A DNA stretch of 64,000 nt, from the NCBI RefSeq assembly GCF_051877095.1, contig NZ_JBJEIO010000009.1, forward strand, positions 47,874-111,873, given 5' to 3'. Both the position numbers and the translations under genes were made by a program. This DNA is from Methanobrevibacter sp. Its GTDB lineage: Archaea; Methanobacteriota; Methanobacteria; Methanobacteriales; Methanobacteriaceae. A model generated the notes under the pieces. The model had not been told where the DNA came from, did no database searches, and worked only from the letters and a program-made list of their open reading frames with translations. Positions 16,233 through 25,258 of this stretch are shown here, piece after piece. Within the stretch, counting starts at the first letter, position 1, and each line of letters begins with the position of its first letter.

Positions 16233-17180
16233 TTATTCTTTTTTTACTTCTTCTAAGACATCTTGGAATATTTCCTTTAAACCAAGTAATGCATTCCAAA
16301 CTGTGTCTATTTCGTCATGCATAACTTTACTTGAATGAACAACATTATTTCTTAAAGTATAATAATAAAGAGCTGAACAAGTAGAATTTTTGGGGTTTAG
16401 TTTATAACTTTCTAAATCCTCTGCTGAAAAAATTTCATCTTGCCATACTTTTTGATGGCTTAAATAGAATCCGTTATCTCCAATAGCATTGTAATTTTTT
16501 TGTAATGATTTTTTAAATGAAGGTTCTATTGAAAATTTTTTAACATTCATAGTTTTTGTGTGTCCGTATCTGAATGTTAAAAATCGATCGATTGCAGACC
16601 ACAATGTTATATACAATGATTGGACATATACAAATGGTTTTAAATCATCCCACTGATAATTAAAAGGATGTTGTTTTATTCCTTTAATATTAAAATCCAC
16701 GTAATCTAATATATTTTTAAAAACGGGGTCTACTCGCCAATCATAACCATTTGGGCCAAAACCATGTGATCTTTCTGGAAAAGGTTTATTTTCAGGGTAC
16801 ATTAAAACATTTACTTTCTGGCCGTCCACTGTGATTACTTTCCAACAATAAAGATGCATGTTTTTACTGTATCCAATGGTTTTATAAGCTTCTCTTTCAG
16901 GATATTTAAATTTAATAATATTTGCTTTAATAGGGCTATGTGAAGATTTATTTAGTAAAACAGGTACTCCATTTACATTACCTAATTCATAATTTATTTC
17001 AATATCTTCAGGGGTTCCTTTAACATACTCTTCAATTTGTGAATATGCTAATTGGTGTGGTTTAAAAAAACCGTAAGATAGAAACGGCAATTTTAAATTT
17101 TCTTTTTTGGGAATTCCAGCACTTTCTATAATTCTTCTACGGTTATAACAATCATCCAAATTTTTGCCCATTATTCTCAC
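16233..17180 (-). CDS. Gamma-glutamylcyclotransferase (GGCT/AIG2)-fold domain fused to a HEPN domain; likely start 17171
   Basis: N-terminal PFLSYGFFKPHQLAY (GGCT YG loop); C-terminal LWSAIDRF...YYYTLRNNVVHSSK with the HEPN RxxxxH motif. Confidence 0.7.
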   Translation of the reverse strand: MRIMGKNLDDCYNRRRIIESAGIPKKENLKLPFLSYGFFKPHQLAYSQIEEYVKGTPEDIEINYELGNVNGVPVLLNKSSHSPIKANIIKFKYPEREAYKTIGYSKNMHLYCWKVITVDGQKVNVLMYPENKPFPERSHGFGPNGYDWRVDPVFKNILDYVDFNIKGIKQHPFNYQWDDLKPFVYVQSLYITLWSAIDRFLTFRYGHTKTMNVKKFSIEPSFKKSLQKNYNAIGDNGFYLSHQKVWQDEIFSAEDLESYKLNPKNSTCSALYYYTLRNNVVHSSKVMHDEIDTVWNALLGLKEIFQDVLEEVKKE

Positions 17181-17342
17181 CCTTAATTATAATGTTGTTT
17201 TTCATAAGAAATATATTTTCATGTTGTATTAATATTGTTTTAAGCTTATAAAATTACAAACAAAAAGCAATAATCACTTGGATTCATATGTAAAGACTTA
17301 AATAATTAATTAATCAATTAATTACATAAGTAGGTGTTTGTT

Positions 17343-17492
17343 ATGGCAATTTTAACTATTGATGTCTTGAAGAACCTAATAGAGAACATACCTGATGATT
17401 ATACTGTTGAATATAATAAAGAAGTAACTATTGCTCCAATCGATGACACAGTAGAGATTGATATTAGTGGTAAAAGACTTATATTCAAATAA
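17343..17492 (+). CDS. Small hypothetical protein (49 aa)
   Basis: AGGTG RBS; MAILTIDVLKNLIENIPDDYTVEYNKEVTIAPIDDTVEIDISGKRLIFK. Confidence 0.6.
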   Translation: MAILTIDVLKNLIENIPDDYTVEYNKEVTIAPIDDTVEIDISGKRLIFK

Positions 17493-17649
17493 AAATCTGT
17501 TTATAGTATTGTAATAGCATAGTCATGCAATAGCAATAGCTAAACCTCTATTAAACTGAAATGATTTACTACTTTTAATTTTATTTTTGTAATACTTTTA
17601 TGGTACATTATTATTATTTATCGTAAAAATAGTGTATAGTTTATTATAG

Positions 17650-18234
17650 AGCTTTGAAAATTCAATGGAGGACATGTCTCAGTATAGTGAAGGACCATTA
17701 TATGATGAAGTGAGAAGATCAATTGTTGAAATTAGAATGGGTCGTAATTTTGATGAAGCATGGAGGGCAATGAGTAAACGTTTAAAATCAAAAGAATTAG
17801 AGAGGATATTTGGAATTATTCTTGATGGTAGGAGAAGTGGATCTAGTATTTCTACTGTTTTGTTTGATGTTTCCAATGATTTAAGAGATTTGATGGCTCT
17901 TAAGCGTGAGAGAAAGTCTTCGGTTATGATGTCAGTTATGTTTTTGTTAATTTCATCTATTGTAGCAACACCTTTTGCAATGGGTATGGTTAGTGTTTAT
18001 TCTAGTTTTATGCAAAGCTATGGAATGGAATCTGAAATTATTTTGTCAGCTCCAATTGTAGGTGAAATATATTTAATAATTCACTCTCTTTTGGTAGGTT
18101 TTATTATTAGTATTATAATGTATGGGGAGGTTAAAAAGGGAATCAAGTTTTCTATACCTCTTGTAGGAGTATCTTTTGGAATATTTTATTTAATGTCTAC
18201 ATTTGGTGCAACATTATTAACTGGGGGATTTTAA
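17650..18234 (+). pseudogene. tadC: 5'-truncated type II secretion system F / TadC pilus assembly membrane protein
   Basis: SFENSMEDMSQYSEGPLYDEVRRSIVEIRMGRNFDEAW... is mid-T2SSF-domain sequence; in-frame TAG directly before SFEN; N-terminal TM region absent; stop overlaps the pilin start. Confidence 0.8.
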
Positions 18235-18416
18235 TGGATAATCAGGCTCAAACATCTGCAGAATTTATTTTATTGTTTGGAGGAATATTTGTTGTGGTTT
18301 TATTGGTTATTTATATGTATAATAATTATTTAAATGATTTGGGTGGTCAAGTCCAATCAAAAGAGGTTGTTGAATTTAATAATCAATTAAAAACACTTAA
18401 TGAATATTTTAAATAG
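18234..18416 (+). CDS. Class III signal peptide pilin-like protein
   Basis: MDNQAQ-TSAEFILLFGGIFVVVLLVI: [G/A]QxSxE pattern plus hydrophobic helix, coupled to tadC. Confidence 0.85.
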   Translation: MDNQAQTSAEFILLFGGIFVVVLLVIYMYNNYLNDLGGQVQSKEVVEFNNQLKTLNEYFK

Positions 18417-18459
18417 TTAAGATAAATTTATTTAATCTAAACAGGAATATAAATAATAT

Positions 18460-19407
18460 ATGGAAGGGATTTTTAGATTTATAGAAAAATATTATTGTAT
18501 TATTATTTTACTTTTTGTTTGTATTGCATTAATTTATCCAAGTTCATTTACTTGGGTTTTAAGTAATTATGCCAATATTGATATTTTAAATTTACTTTTA
18601 AGTATTGTTCTTTTTACTATGGGAACTACTCTTAAAGTAGATGATTTTATAAGTATATTTAAAAATCCTAAGGAAATTGTTCTTGGAATTTCAGCACAGT
18701 ATATTATAATGCCTATTTTAGCATTTGCTCTTGCAAGTCTATTCTCATTGGATATGGCATTAATGGTGGGTGTCATTTTAGTTGGTACTGTTCCTGGAGG
18801 TACTGCATCTGATCTTATGGCGTTCCTTGCAAATGGGGATGTAGCATTATCAGTATCTTTAACTGCAGTTTCTACTCTGCTTTCACCAATTTTAACTCCT
18901 ATATTGACTTTAATTTTGGTTGGAAATCAAATTTCTTTTAGTCCTATTGACATGTTCTTATCAATTCTTCAAATTGTAATTATCCCAATATTAATAGGTT
19001 TAATGCTTAATTATAAATTTCCTGCATTTTGTACAAGATTAAAAGAGTATTTACCAGCTATTTCTGCAATTGTTGTTTGTGTAATTGTTGCAGGAGTAAT
19101 TAGTGTAAATAAACAAGCTATTTTAACATCATCTTTTACTATAATGATGGTAATTATTATCCAATATTTCTTAGCGATGGCTTCAGGTTTTATTATTGGT
19201 TATTTATCAGGTATGAATCGTAAAACTATTATTACTATAGCTATTGAACTTTCTTTTCAAAATTCTGGTTTATCAACTGGGCTTGCTAAAACTCATTTTC
19301 CAAATTTGGTATCTGCAACAGTCCCAGGAGCATTATATTCCATATGGCAAAACTTTGCTGGGTCAATTATGACTTATGTATTGAATAGATATTATAATTC
19401 TGAGTAG
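18460..19407 (+). CDS. Bile acid:sodium symporter (BASS) family transporter
   Basis: LFTMGTTL, GISAQYIIMP, VPGGTASD, SFQNSGL motifs. Confidence 0.92.
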   Translation: MEGIFRFIEKYYCIIILLFVCIALIYPSSFTWVLSNYANIDILNLLLSIVLFTMGTTLKVDDFISIFKNPKEIVLGISAQYIIMPILAFALASLFSLDMALMVGVILVGTVPGGTASDLMAFLANGDVALSVSLTAVSTLLSPILTPILTLILVGNQISFSPIDMFLSILQIVIIPILIGLMLNYKFPAFCTRLKEYLPAISAIVVCVIVAGVISVNKQAILTSSFTIMMVIIIQYFLAMASGFIIGYLSGMNRKTIITIAIELSFQNSGLSTGLAKTHFPNLVSATVPGALYSIWQNFAGSIMTYVLNRYYNSE

Positions 19408-19818
19408 GTTCAATGTTTTAAGTAAATAATGTTATTTCTATTTAAGAGGAGTTATATTAAATTAGTTTTTTAAAATAATGTGGTAAAAGTTTATTTTTAA
19501 TTTTTAACCAATTATGGATTTTTTCTAGAATAAAATTTTTTTCTAATAATAATTATGTTACCTGTTAATTTTATTTTAAAGTTCATTTAAATAACTGTAT
19601 AAGTTATATTAAATCTATTTTTGTGTGGAAATTGGATTTAAAGTCTTGTTTGTTAGTTATTGTAAAAGATGTGATGGATAGTAAATCTATATTTTTATTT
19701 ATTTTTTACATTCAAGGATTTTATTCAATTGTTTAGTGATTTTATTAGAGAATAATTCTAAAATAAAAAAATAAGGAAATAATATTTAAAGAAAGTAAAC
19801 AAGTCATGTTTAGTATTA

Positions 19819-20391
19819 TTATTTCAAATGGTATTGAATTTTTGGTATAATCCAAACTCCAAAAAGTGAAATAAAACAGCATACTGTAATAGCAGGAGGA
19901 TAAATAAAGTATCCAATAAATATACCAATTAAAATTAAAGGTATAGTTCCATATAGTGAGTATTGTTTATTTAATATGATATATAATGCAATATTTGCGG
20001 GATCGGTTTTTTTTAAGAGTTTACTATTTATAATCAACAGAATTACAATTGTAATGAAATATAATCCATATACAAATTGTGGGAAGAATAAGAAGAAATG
20101 CTCACCGACAAATAATGTAATGTAAGGGAGGAATGAAAATACAAATAATGTTATTCCCATGCTCCAAACTACCTTTGAATCTATTTTATTCACTATACTA
20201 AATAAATTGTTGTTATAGTTCCAAAAATCAAAACAAACAATGAAACTCATAGCATAAAGTAAGAAGTCGTATCTTAATTCATAAAGAGCATCCCAAGTTC
20301 CTGTACTTGCAAATGGTAATTCTAAGACAAGAATTGTAATAATTATAGCTAAAATAGCATCAATCAATGCTTCGAACCTATCAGTTTCCAT
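19819..20391 (-). CDS. TMEM175 family potassium channel
   Basis: RFEALIDAILAIIITILVLEL signature; multiple TM helices. Confidence 0.9.
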   Translation of the reverse strand: METDRFEALIDAILAIIITILVLELPFASTGTWDALYELRYDFLLYAMSFIVCFDFWNYNNNLFSIVNKIDSKVVWSMGITLFVFSFLPYITLFVGEHFFLFFPQFVYGLYFITIVILLIINSKLLKKTDPANIALYIILNKQYSLYGTIPLILIGIFIGYFIYPPAITVCCFISLFGVWIIPKIQYHLK

Positions 20392-20986
20392 TATAATCCC
20401 TCTTTATCAATATATCAATGAGAATCCATAAAATAACTGTTATTAAACAACATAAATAAATTCCTGGAGTATATACTGTGTAAGTTAATATGAATCCAAT
20501 AATTAAAATGATTATTGGAAAATGTTCATATTTGGATTGATTATTCAATTCAAGCAATTTAGGGTTATATGGATTACTTTTATAAATATTTCTTGTAGCT
20601 AATGAAATTAAAACATGTGTGATTATAAATATTAATCCGAACATTGTTTGAGAAGGTATGGAATAAATGTTAGATGCAATCCATTTTGTAAAGTAAGGTA
20701 ATAATGTAATAACAAAAATCATAGTTCCATAAATCCAAAGTGTCATATTGTCGATTATATCTATCTCATGTAATAATTTATGATTTGAATGCCAAATGTT
20801 AAATAATGTTAAAAAACTAATTAGATAAGCAATATAATTAGTTTTTAATGAAAATAACGCTTCTGGAGTAGGTGATGATGGCTGTGGAATTTTTAAAACT
20901 AATATTGTTATAATAATTGCTAAAATTGCATCAAAAAATGTTTCAAATCTAGTAGTTTCCATAGGAGGATATTTAATATTTCTCAT
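20381..20986 (-). CDS. TMEM175 family potassium channel (paralog)
   Basis: RFETFFDAILAIIITILVLKI; YLISF..LFNIWHSNH; TLLPY. Confidence 0.9.
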   Translation of the reverse strand: MRNIKYPPMETTRFETFFDAILAIIITILVLKIPQPSSPTPEALFSLKTNYIAYLISFLTLFNIWHSNHKLLHEIDIIDNMTLWIYGTMIFVITLLPYFTKWIASNIYSIPSQTMFGLIFIITHVLISLATRNIYKSNPYNPKLLELNNQSKYEHFPIIILIIGFILTYTVYTPGIYLCCLITVILWILIDILIKRDYNGN

Positions 20987-21008
20987 ATAAAATATTAATT
21001 AAGGTGAT

Positions 21009-22424
21009 ATGATGGATATGTTAATTGGTGGTAAACACATTTCAAGTGATGATTTAGAAGATGTAATCAACCCATATAATGGTGAAGTAATTGATACTAT
21101 TCCAATTGCTCATATACAAACTGTAAAACTAGCAATTGCTGAAGCAAATAATGCTAAAGATGAATTATCTGAAATGTCTGCATTTAAAATATCAAATAAA
21201 TTATTTAATGTTGTTAATAAATTAAAAGAAAAACGTGAGGAATTTGCAAAAATATTATCTTTAGAGATTGGAAAACCGATTAATGAGTCTTTAGTGGAAG
21301 TTGATAGATCTATTGAAACATTAAAACTAGCAGCTGAAGAAGCAAAAAGAATTTATGGTGAAAGTGTACCTCTTGATGCAGGTCTTAATGGTAAAGGTTT
21401 TTTTGCATTTACCCAACGTTTACCATTGGGTGTTGTTGCAGCAATAACTCCTTTCAATTATCCGCTTAATTTAACAATCCATAAAATAGCACCAGCTATT
21501 GCTTGCAAAAATACAACAATAATAAAACCACCAACTGAAGCTCCATTAGCAGTAATGAAATTTGCTGAATTATTAAATGAGGAGTTTCCGGATGGTGTTG
21601 TAAATACAGTCACTGGATATGGTTCTGAGGTTGGAGATTACTTAGTTACCTCTCAGGATGTTAATAAAATTTCATTTACTGGAAGTGTTACAACAGGATT
21701 GATGATTTCCCAAAAAGCAGGTATGAAAAGAGTTACTTTGGAACTCGGTGGAAATGATCCTATGATTGTTTTAAATGATGCAGATATTGATAAAGCTGTA
21801 AAAGGTGTTATTAATGGTGCATTTTTAAATGCAGGTCAAGTTTGTATGGGTGTAAAAAGAATAATAATTGAAGATAGTATTGCTTGTGAATTTTGTGAAA
21901 AATTGGTTAGTGAAACTGAAAAATTAGTAATGGGTAATCCACTAGATCCTAAAACTACATTAGGAACTTTAATATCTAAAAAAGCAGCAATACAAGTGGA
22001 AGAAGCAGTTAATAATGCTGTGGATATGGGTGCTAAAGTATTGACTGGAGGTACTCGAGATGGATCATTTTATGAGGCTACTGTGATTGATAATGTTACG
22101 CCAGAGATGGATTTAGTTTCAAACGAAACATTTGGTCCAATAGCGCCTATTATTCGTGTTAAAAATTTAGATGAAGCTATTGAGGTTGCTAATGATACGG
22201 ATTATGGTCTTCAAGCAGGTGTGTTTACTAGTGATTATGCATCTGCAATGAGATGTGCAAATGAAATTGAAGCTGGAACAGTTTTTGTTAATAAACAATC
22301 AACATTTAGAACAGATAATATGCCATTTGGGGGATTTAAAAATAGTGGTGTTGGAAAAGAAGGTATTAAATATGCTGTTGAAGAAATGACAAAAATAAAA
22401 TTAATTGGATTAAATTTAAGATAA
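21009..22424 (+). CDS. cofA: Lactaldehyde dehydrogenase / NAD-dependent aldehyde dehydrogenase
   Basis: ITPFNYP, FTGSVTTG, LELGGNDP, NAGQVC, ETFGP, MPFGGFKNSG. Confidence 0.85.
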   Translation: MMDMLIGGKHISSDDLEDVINPYNGEVIDTIPIAHIQTVKLAIAEANNAKDELSEMSAFKISNKLFNVVNKLKEKREEFAKILSLEIGKPINESLVEVDRSIETLKLAAEEAKRIYGESVPLDAGLNGKGFFAFTQRLPLGVVAAITPFNYPLNLTIHKIAPAIACKNTTIIKPPTEAPLAVMKFAELLNEEFPDGVVNTVTGYGSEVGDYLVTSQDVNKISFTGSVTTGLMISQKAGMKRVTLELGGNDPMIVLNDADIDKAVKGVINGAFLNAGQVCMGVKRIIIEDSIACEFCEKLVSETEKLVMGNPLDPKTTLGTLISKKAAIQVEEAVNNAVDMGAKVLTGGTRDGSFYEATVIDNVTPEMDLVSNETFGPIAPIIRVKNLDEAIEVANDTDYGLQAGVFTSDYASAMRCANEIEAGTVFVNKQSTFRTDNMPFGGFKNSGVGKEGIKYAVEEMTKIKLIGLNLR

Positions 22425-22441
22425 AAAATAAGTAATTAAAC

Positions 22442-23164
22442 TTATTTTAAATAGTTTTCAATAAGGTTACGTGTTTCATTAAGGGATTCCATTGGGATTC
22501 CTTTTGGCATTTGACCAAGTTCTCCTTCAACATCTTTAAGGATATTTCCGTTCATTCCAAGAAACATTCCTTCACTTACGATATCACTAAATGACTGTGG
22601 TGGGAGTAATGAGACACCAACTCGGTTATTATCTTTAACATTCAAATCATTAGTAAGGACAGTAATTGCACGTTTACCAAGATTTACATTACAAATTAAT
22701 AATTTATCATTTTTAGGATGCTTTGTAACACTCATTACTTCTCCAACTTTAATATCAACTCCGATAATTGGATCATTAATTGGGCCAAGAGCTAATCTAT
22801 CTTTTAGACCAATAACAGTATCTAAGAAAAATCTCACTTTTGCAATATTTTCTTGGGTTTTTTCTCTATCTTCTTTAGGAGCATTGCTTAAGAACTTTTT
22901 ATTCCATTCTGGTCCTCCTAAATATTCAATAATTTTTTCTCCTTTTTCTTTTAATGATGTAACGTCTGGAGAGTTTACTAATTCATCTCCTTCTAAGTAA
23001 GAATAAATTAATGATTGGAAGTCACTATTCATTTCTTTTCCAAGGTCAATAGCTTGTTTTTTATTCCAACTTCCTCTAAAAGATGCTGTTGGAATGAGAT
23101 TTAGATAATTTTCCCTTGCTTTACTTGCTACTAAAATTCTATAATCTTTTGTTGTATCCCACAT
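22442..23164 (-). CDS. tRNA-binding (EMAP/Trbp111-like OB-fold) domain protein
   Basis: VDIKVGEVMSVTKHPKNDKLLIC...SEGMF C-terminal domain; MWDTTKDYR N-terminus of the methanogen family. Confidence 0.85.
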   Translation of the reverse strand: MWDTTKDYRILVASKARENYLNLIPTASFRGSWNKKQAIDLGKEMNSDFQSLIYSYLEGDELVNSPDVTSLKEKGEKIIEYLGGPEWNKKFLSNAPKEDREKTQENIAKVRFFLDTVIGLKDRLALGPINDPIIGVDIKVGEVMSVTKHPKNDKLLICNVNLGKRAITVLTNDLNVKDNNRVGVSLLPPQSFSDIVSEGMFLGMNGNILKDVEGELGQMPKGIPMESLNETRNLIENYLK

Positions 23165-23323
23165 TTCAAGTCTCCTTTTTATCTAGATTATACTTTAAAT
23201 TTATAATTTAATAAATTTTTTTGTAAAATAAGACTTATTTAACTTATTTAAAAATAAAAAACTATTTATATTAACAATAAAATAAATTTATACATATTTA
23301 TTCAAAATTATTGTGGTGTAAAA

Positions 23324-23725
23324 ATGGTAGAAGTTTCAAAATTACGCAGTTTAGATATTTATACTAACACAGGACATTATGTTGGTCGTGTTGAAGATGT
23401 TGTTCTTAATATTAGGTTAGGAACTATTTCAAAATTACAAGTTAGAGCTATTGAACATGAAAGAAAACCTGCTGGAGTTCTTAATTCATTTTTAGGTACT
23501 ATTCGTGGAGAAATTCCAGAGGAAAATGACATGAAATCTTTCCAAAATGATTTATTAACAGTTGATTTTGATAAAGTCCAAGCTATTGGGGATATTATGT
23601 TAATTAACCCAAGAGACATTAAAAAAGTTAATAATGATCCACAAGTTCCTGATGCTGTAGTTCCAAAACAAGCTGAAACTCAACCACAAGAAACACAAAT
23701 CCAATTTAACAATGAAAGACCATAA
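23324..23725 (+). CDS. PRC-barrel domain protein
   Basis: LRSLDIYTNTGHYVGRVEDVVLN...VQAIGDIMLI. Confidence 0.9.
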   Translation: MVEVSKLRSLDIYTNTGHYVGRVEDVVLNIRLGTISKLQVRAIEHERKPAGVLNSFLGTIRGEIPEENDMKSFQNDLLTVDFDKVQAIGDIMLINPRDIKKVNNDPQVPDAVVPKQAETQPQETQIQFNNERP

Positions 23726-23771
23726 TGTCTTTTATCTATTTTTTTAATTTTTTTTTTTAATGGTGTTGTTC

Positions 23772-24536
23772 ATGAAAGTTGGCATTATAGGTTGTGGAGC
23801 TATTGCTAATATTATTACAAGTAGTATTGCTCCTGAAAATAATGGAATTGAAATTGCGTACTTTTTTGATAAAGATGTTGAAAGAGCAGAAAATTTAGCA
23901 AGTTTAGCTGGTGGTGTAGCAGTACTTGATTTCAATGACATGTTAAACAATGTGGATTTAGTTTTAGAATGTGCTTCACCTGATTCAGTTAAAGAATATG
24001 CTCCAATAGTTCTTAAAAAAGGAATTGACATGATTATTATGAGTATTGGTGCGTTCATGGATTTAGATTTCCATAATAATGTTTCAAAAATAGCTAGGGA
24101 GAACAATGCTAAAGTACATTTGCCTTCAGGGGCTGTTGTTGGTTTAGATGGAATTAAAGCAGTAGCTAAATTTGGTCTTAAAGAGATTAGTCTTGTAACT
24201 CGTAAGTCTCCAAGATCACTTGGGAAGGATATTGATTCTGAGGAAGTGTTATTTGAAGGAAAAGCTTCTGAAGCGGTTAAGCAATTCCCATTAAACATTA
24301 ATGTTGCAGCAACAATTAGTATGGCATGTAATAAAGATATTGATGTAAAAATCATTGTTGATCCTAAAGTGGATAGAAATGTTCATGAAATCACTGCTAA
24401 AGGGGACTTTGGAGAATTTAAAACAACCACTATGAACTTCCCTTGTGAAACTAATCCTAAAACAAGTATGCTTGCTGCACTTTCAGCAATTAGATTACTT
24501 AAAAGTTTCAATGAAACCATTAGTGTGGGTATGTAA
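23772..24536 (+). CDS. nadX: L-aspartate dehydrogenase
   Basis: GIIGCGAIA, LVLECAS, IMSIGA, LPSGAVVGLD, FPLNINVAA, NPKTSMLAA. Confidence 0.95.
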   Translation: MKVGIIGCGAIANIITSSIAPENNGIEIAYFFDKDVERAENLASLAGGVAVLDFNDMLNNVDLVLECASPDSVKEYAPIVLKKGIDMIIMSIGAFMDLDFHNNVSKIARENNAKVHLPSGAVVGLDGIKAVAKFGLKEISLVTRKSPRSLGKDIDSEEVLFEGKASEAVKQFPLNINVAATISMACNKDIDVKIIVDPKVDRNVHEITAKGDFGEFKTTTMNFPCETNPKTSMLAALSAIRLLKSFNETISVGM

Positions 24537-25258
24537 TGAAAGAATACGAAGTTTATTCTTCACTAAAAGTTCCAAAAAACTCTAAAATTATTGTTCGTTT
24601 AGATGGTAGGAATTTTCATCAATTAGCTCGTGATTTAGATTTAATTAAACCATATGATGATAATTTCTATAATGTTTTTTCTTGTGTTTGTGAAGATTTA
24701 TTTAAAGAGTTTTCACCTATTTTTGTTTATGCTTTTTCAGATGAAATAAGTATGCTTTTTGACAATGTCCCATTTAATGGTAGAATTGAAAAAATTGATT
24801 CTGTGATGGCTAGTTTTGCAGCTAGTTCTTTTGCTATTAACTATAATACAAAATTTAGAAAACCTCCTGCTTTTGACTCACGAGTTATCCCAATTTTAGA
24901 TGATAACATTTTAGAATATTTCAAATGGAGACAAGATGAATCTTGGAGAAATTGTGTTAATTCTCATGGTATATGTTACTTAAAGTCTAAGTATCCAAAT
25001 AATGTATCAAACGATAAAATAAATGGTATGAGTTTGAGTGATATACATGAATTATTGTTTAAAAATGGAATCAATTTAAACAATATTGATACTTATAAAA
25101 AAAGAGGAATAGCAGTATATAGGAAGAATAAAAAAATAGTGGGATTTAATAAAAAAGAAAATAAAGAACAGGTATCATATAGAAGTTATGTATGCACTGA
25201 TTGGAATCTTGAAAAGTTTAGCAGAGATTTCTTTAGTAAAATAGGTGTTTTAAAGTGA
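24536..25258 (+). CDS. thg1: tRNA(His) guanylyltransferase-like protein (Thg1/TLP)
   Basis: IIVRLDGRNFH, FSDEIS, FDSRV, WRQDESWRN. Confidence 0.93.
   Translation: MKEYEVYSSLKVPKNSKIIVRLDGRNFHQLARDLDLIKPYDDNFYNVFSCVCEDLFKEFSPIFVYAFSDEISMLFDNVPFNGRIEKIDSVMASFAASSFAINYNTKFRKPPAFDSRVIPILDDNILEYFKWRQDESWRNCVNSHGICYLKSKYPNNVSNDKINGMSLSDIHELLFKNGINLNNIDTYKKRGIAVYRKNKKIVGFNKKENKEQVSYRSYVCTDWNLEKFSRDFFSKIGVLK

Larger units (their letters stand above)
1..17648. mobile_element. Integrated mobile element / defence island (left end outside the window), inserted in tadC
   Basis: Primase + helicase-like module, integrase-like gene, RM and other defence genes; tadC-like coding sequence begins abruptly at ~17649 with a stop and non-coding AT-rich DNA immediately upstream. 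The other att site is not visible. Confidence 0.8.

Noticed and set aside
17629-17637. AGTGTATA near the tadC junction matching the 7170 palindrome core
   Set aside because: Only 8 bp of AT-rich identity and no second arm; too weak to call the same site.
1-17648. Provirus
   Set aside because: No capsid, terminase, portal, tail or endoisopeptidase genes in the visible part; it cannot be excluded for the part left of the window.
19408-19818. Long AT-rich intergenic gaps (also 47922-48314 and 49021-49349) as ncRNA or repeats
   Set aside because: Low-complexity A/T sequence with no significant repeats, G/C-containing stems or ORFs that I could support.
23744-24355. 203-aa minus-strand ORF
   Set aside because: Antisense to the well-supported nadX; no motifs.
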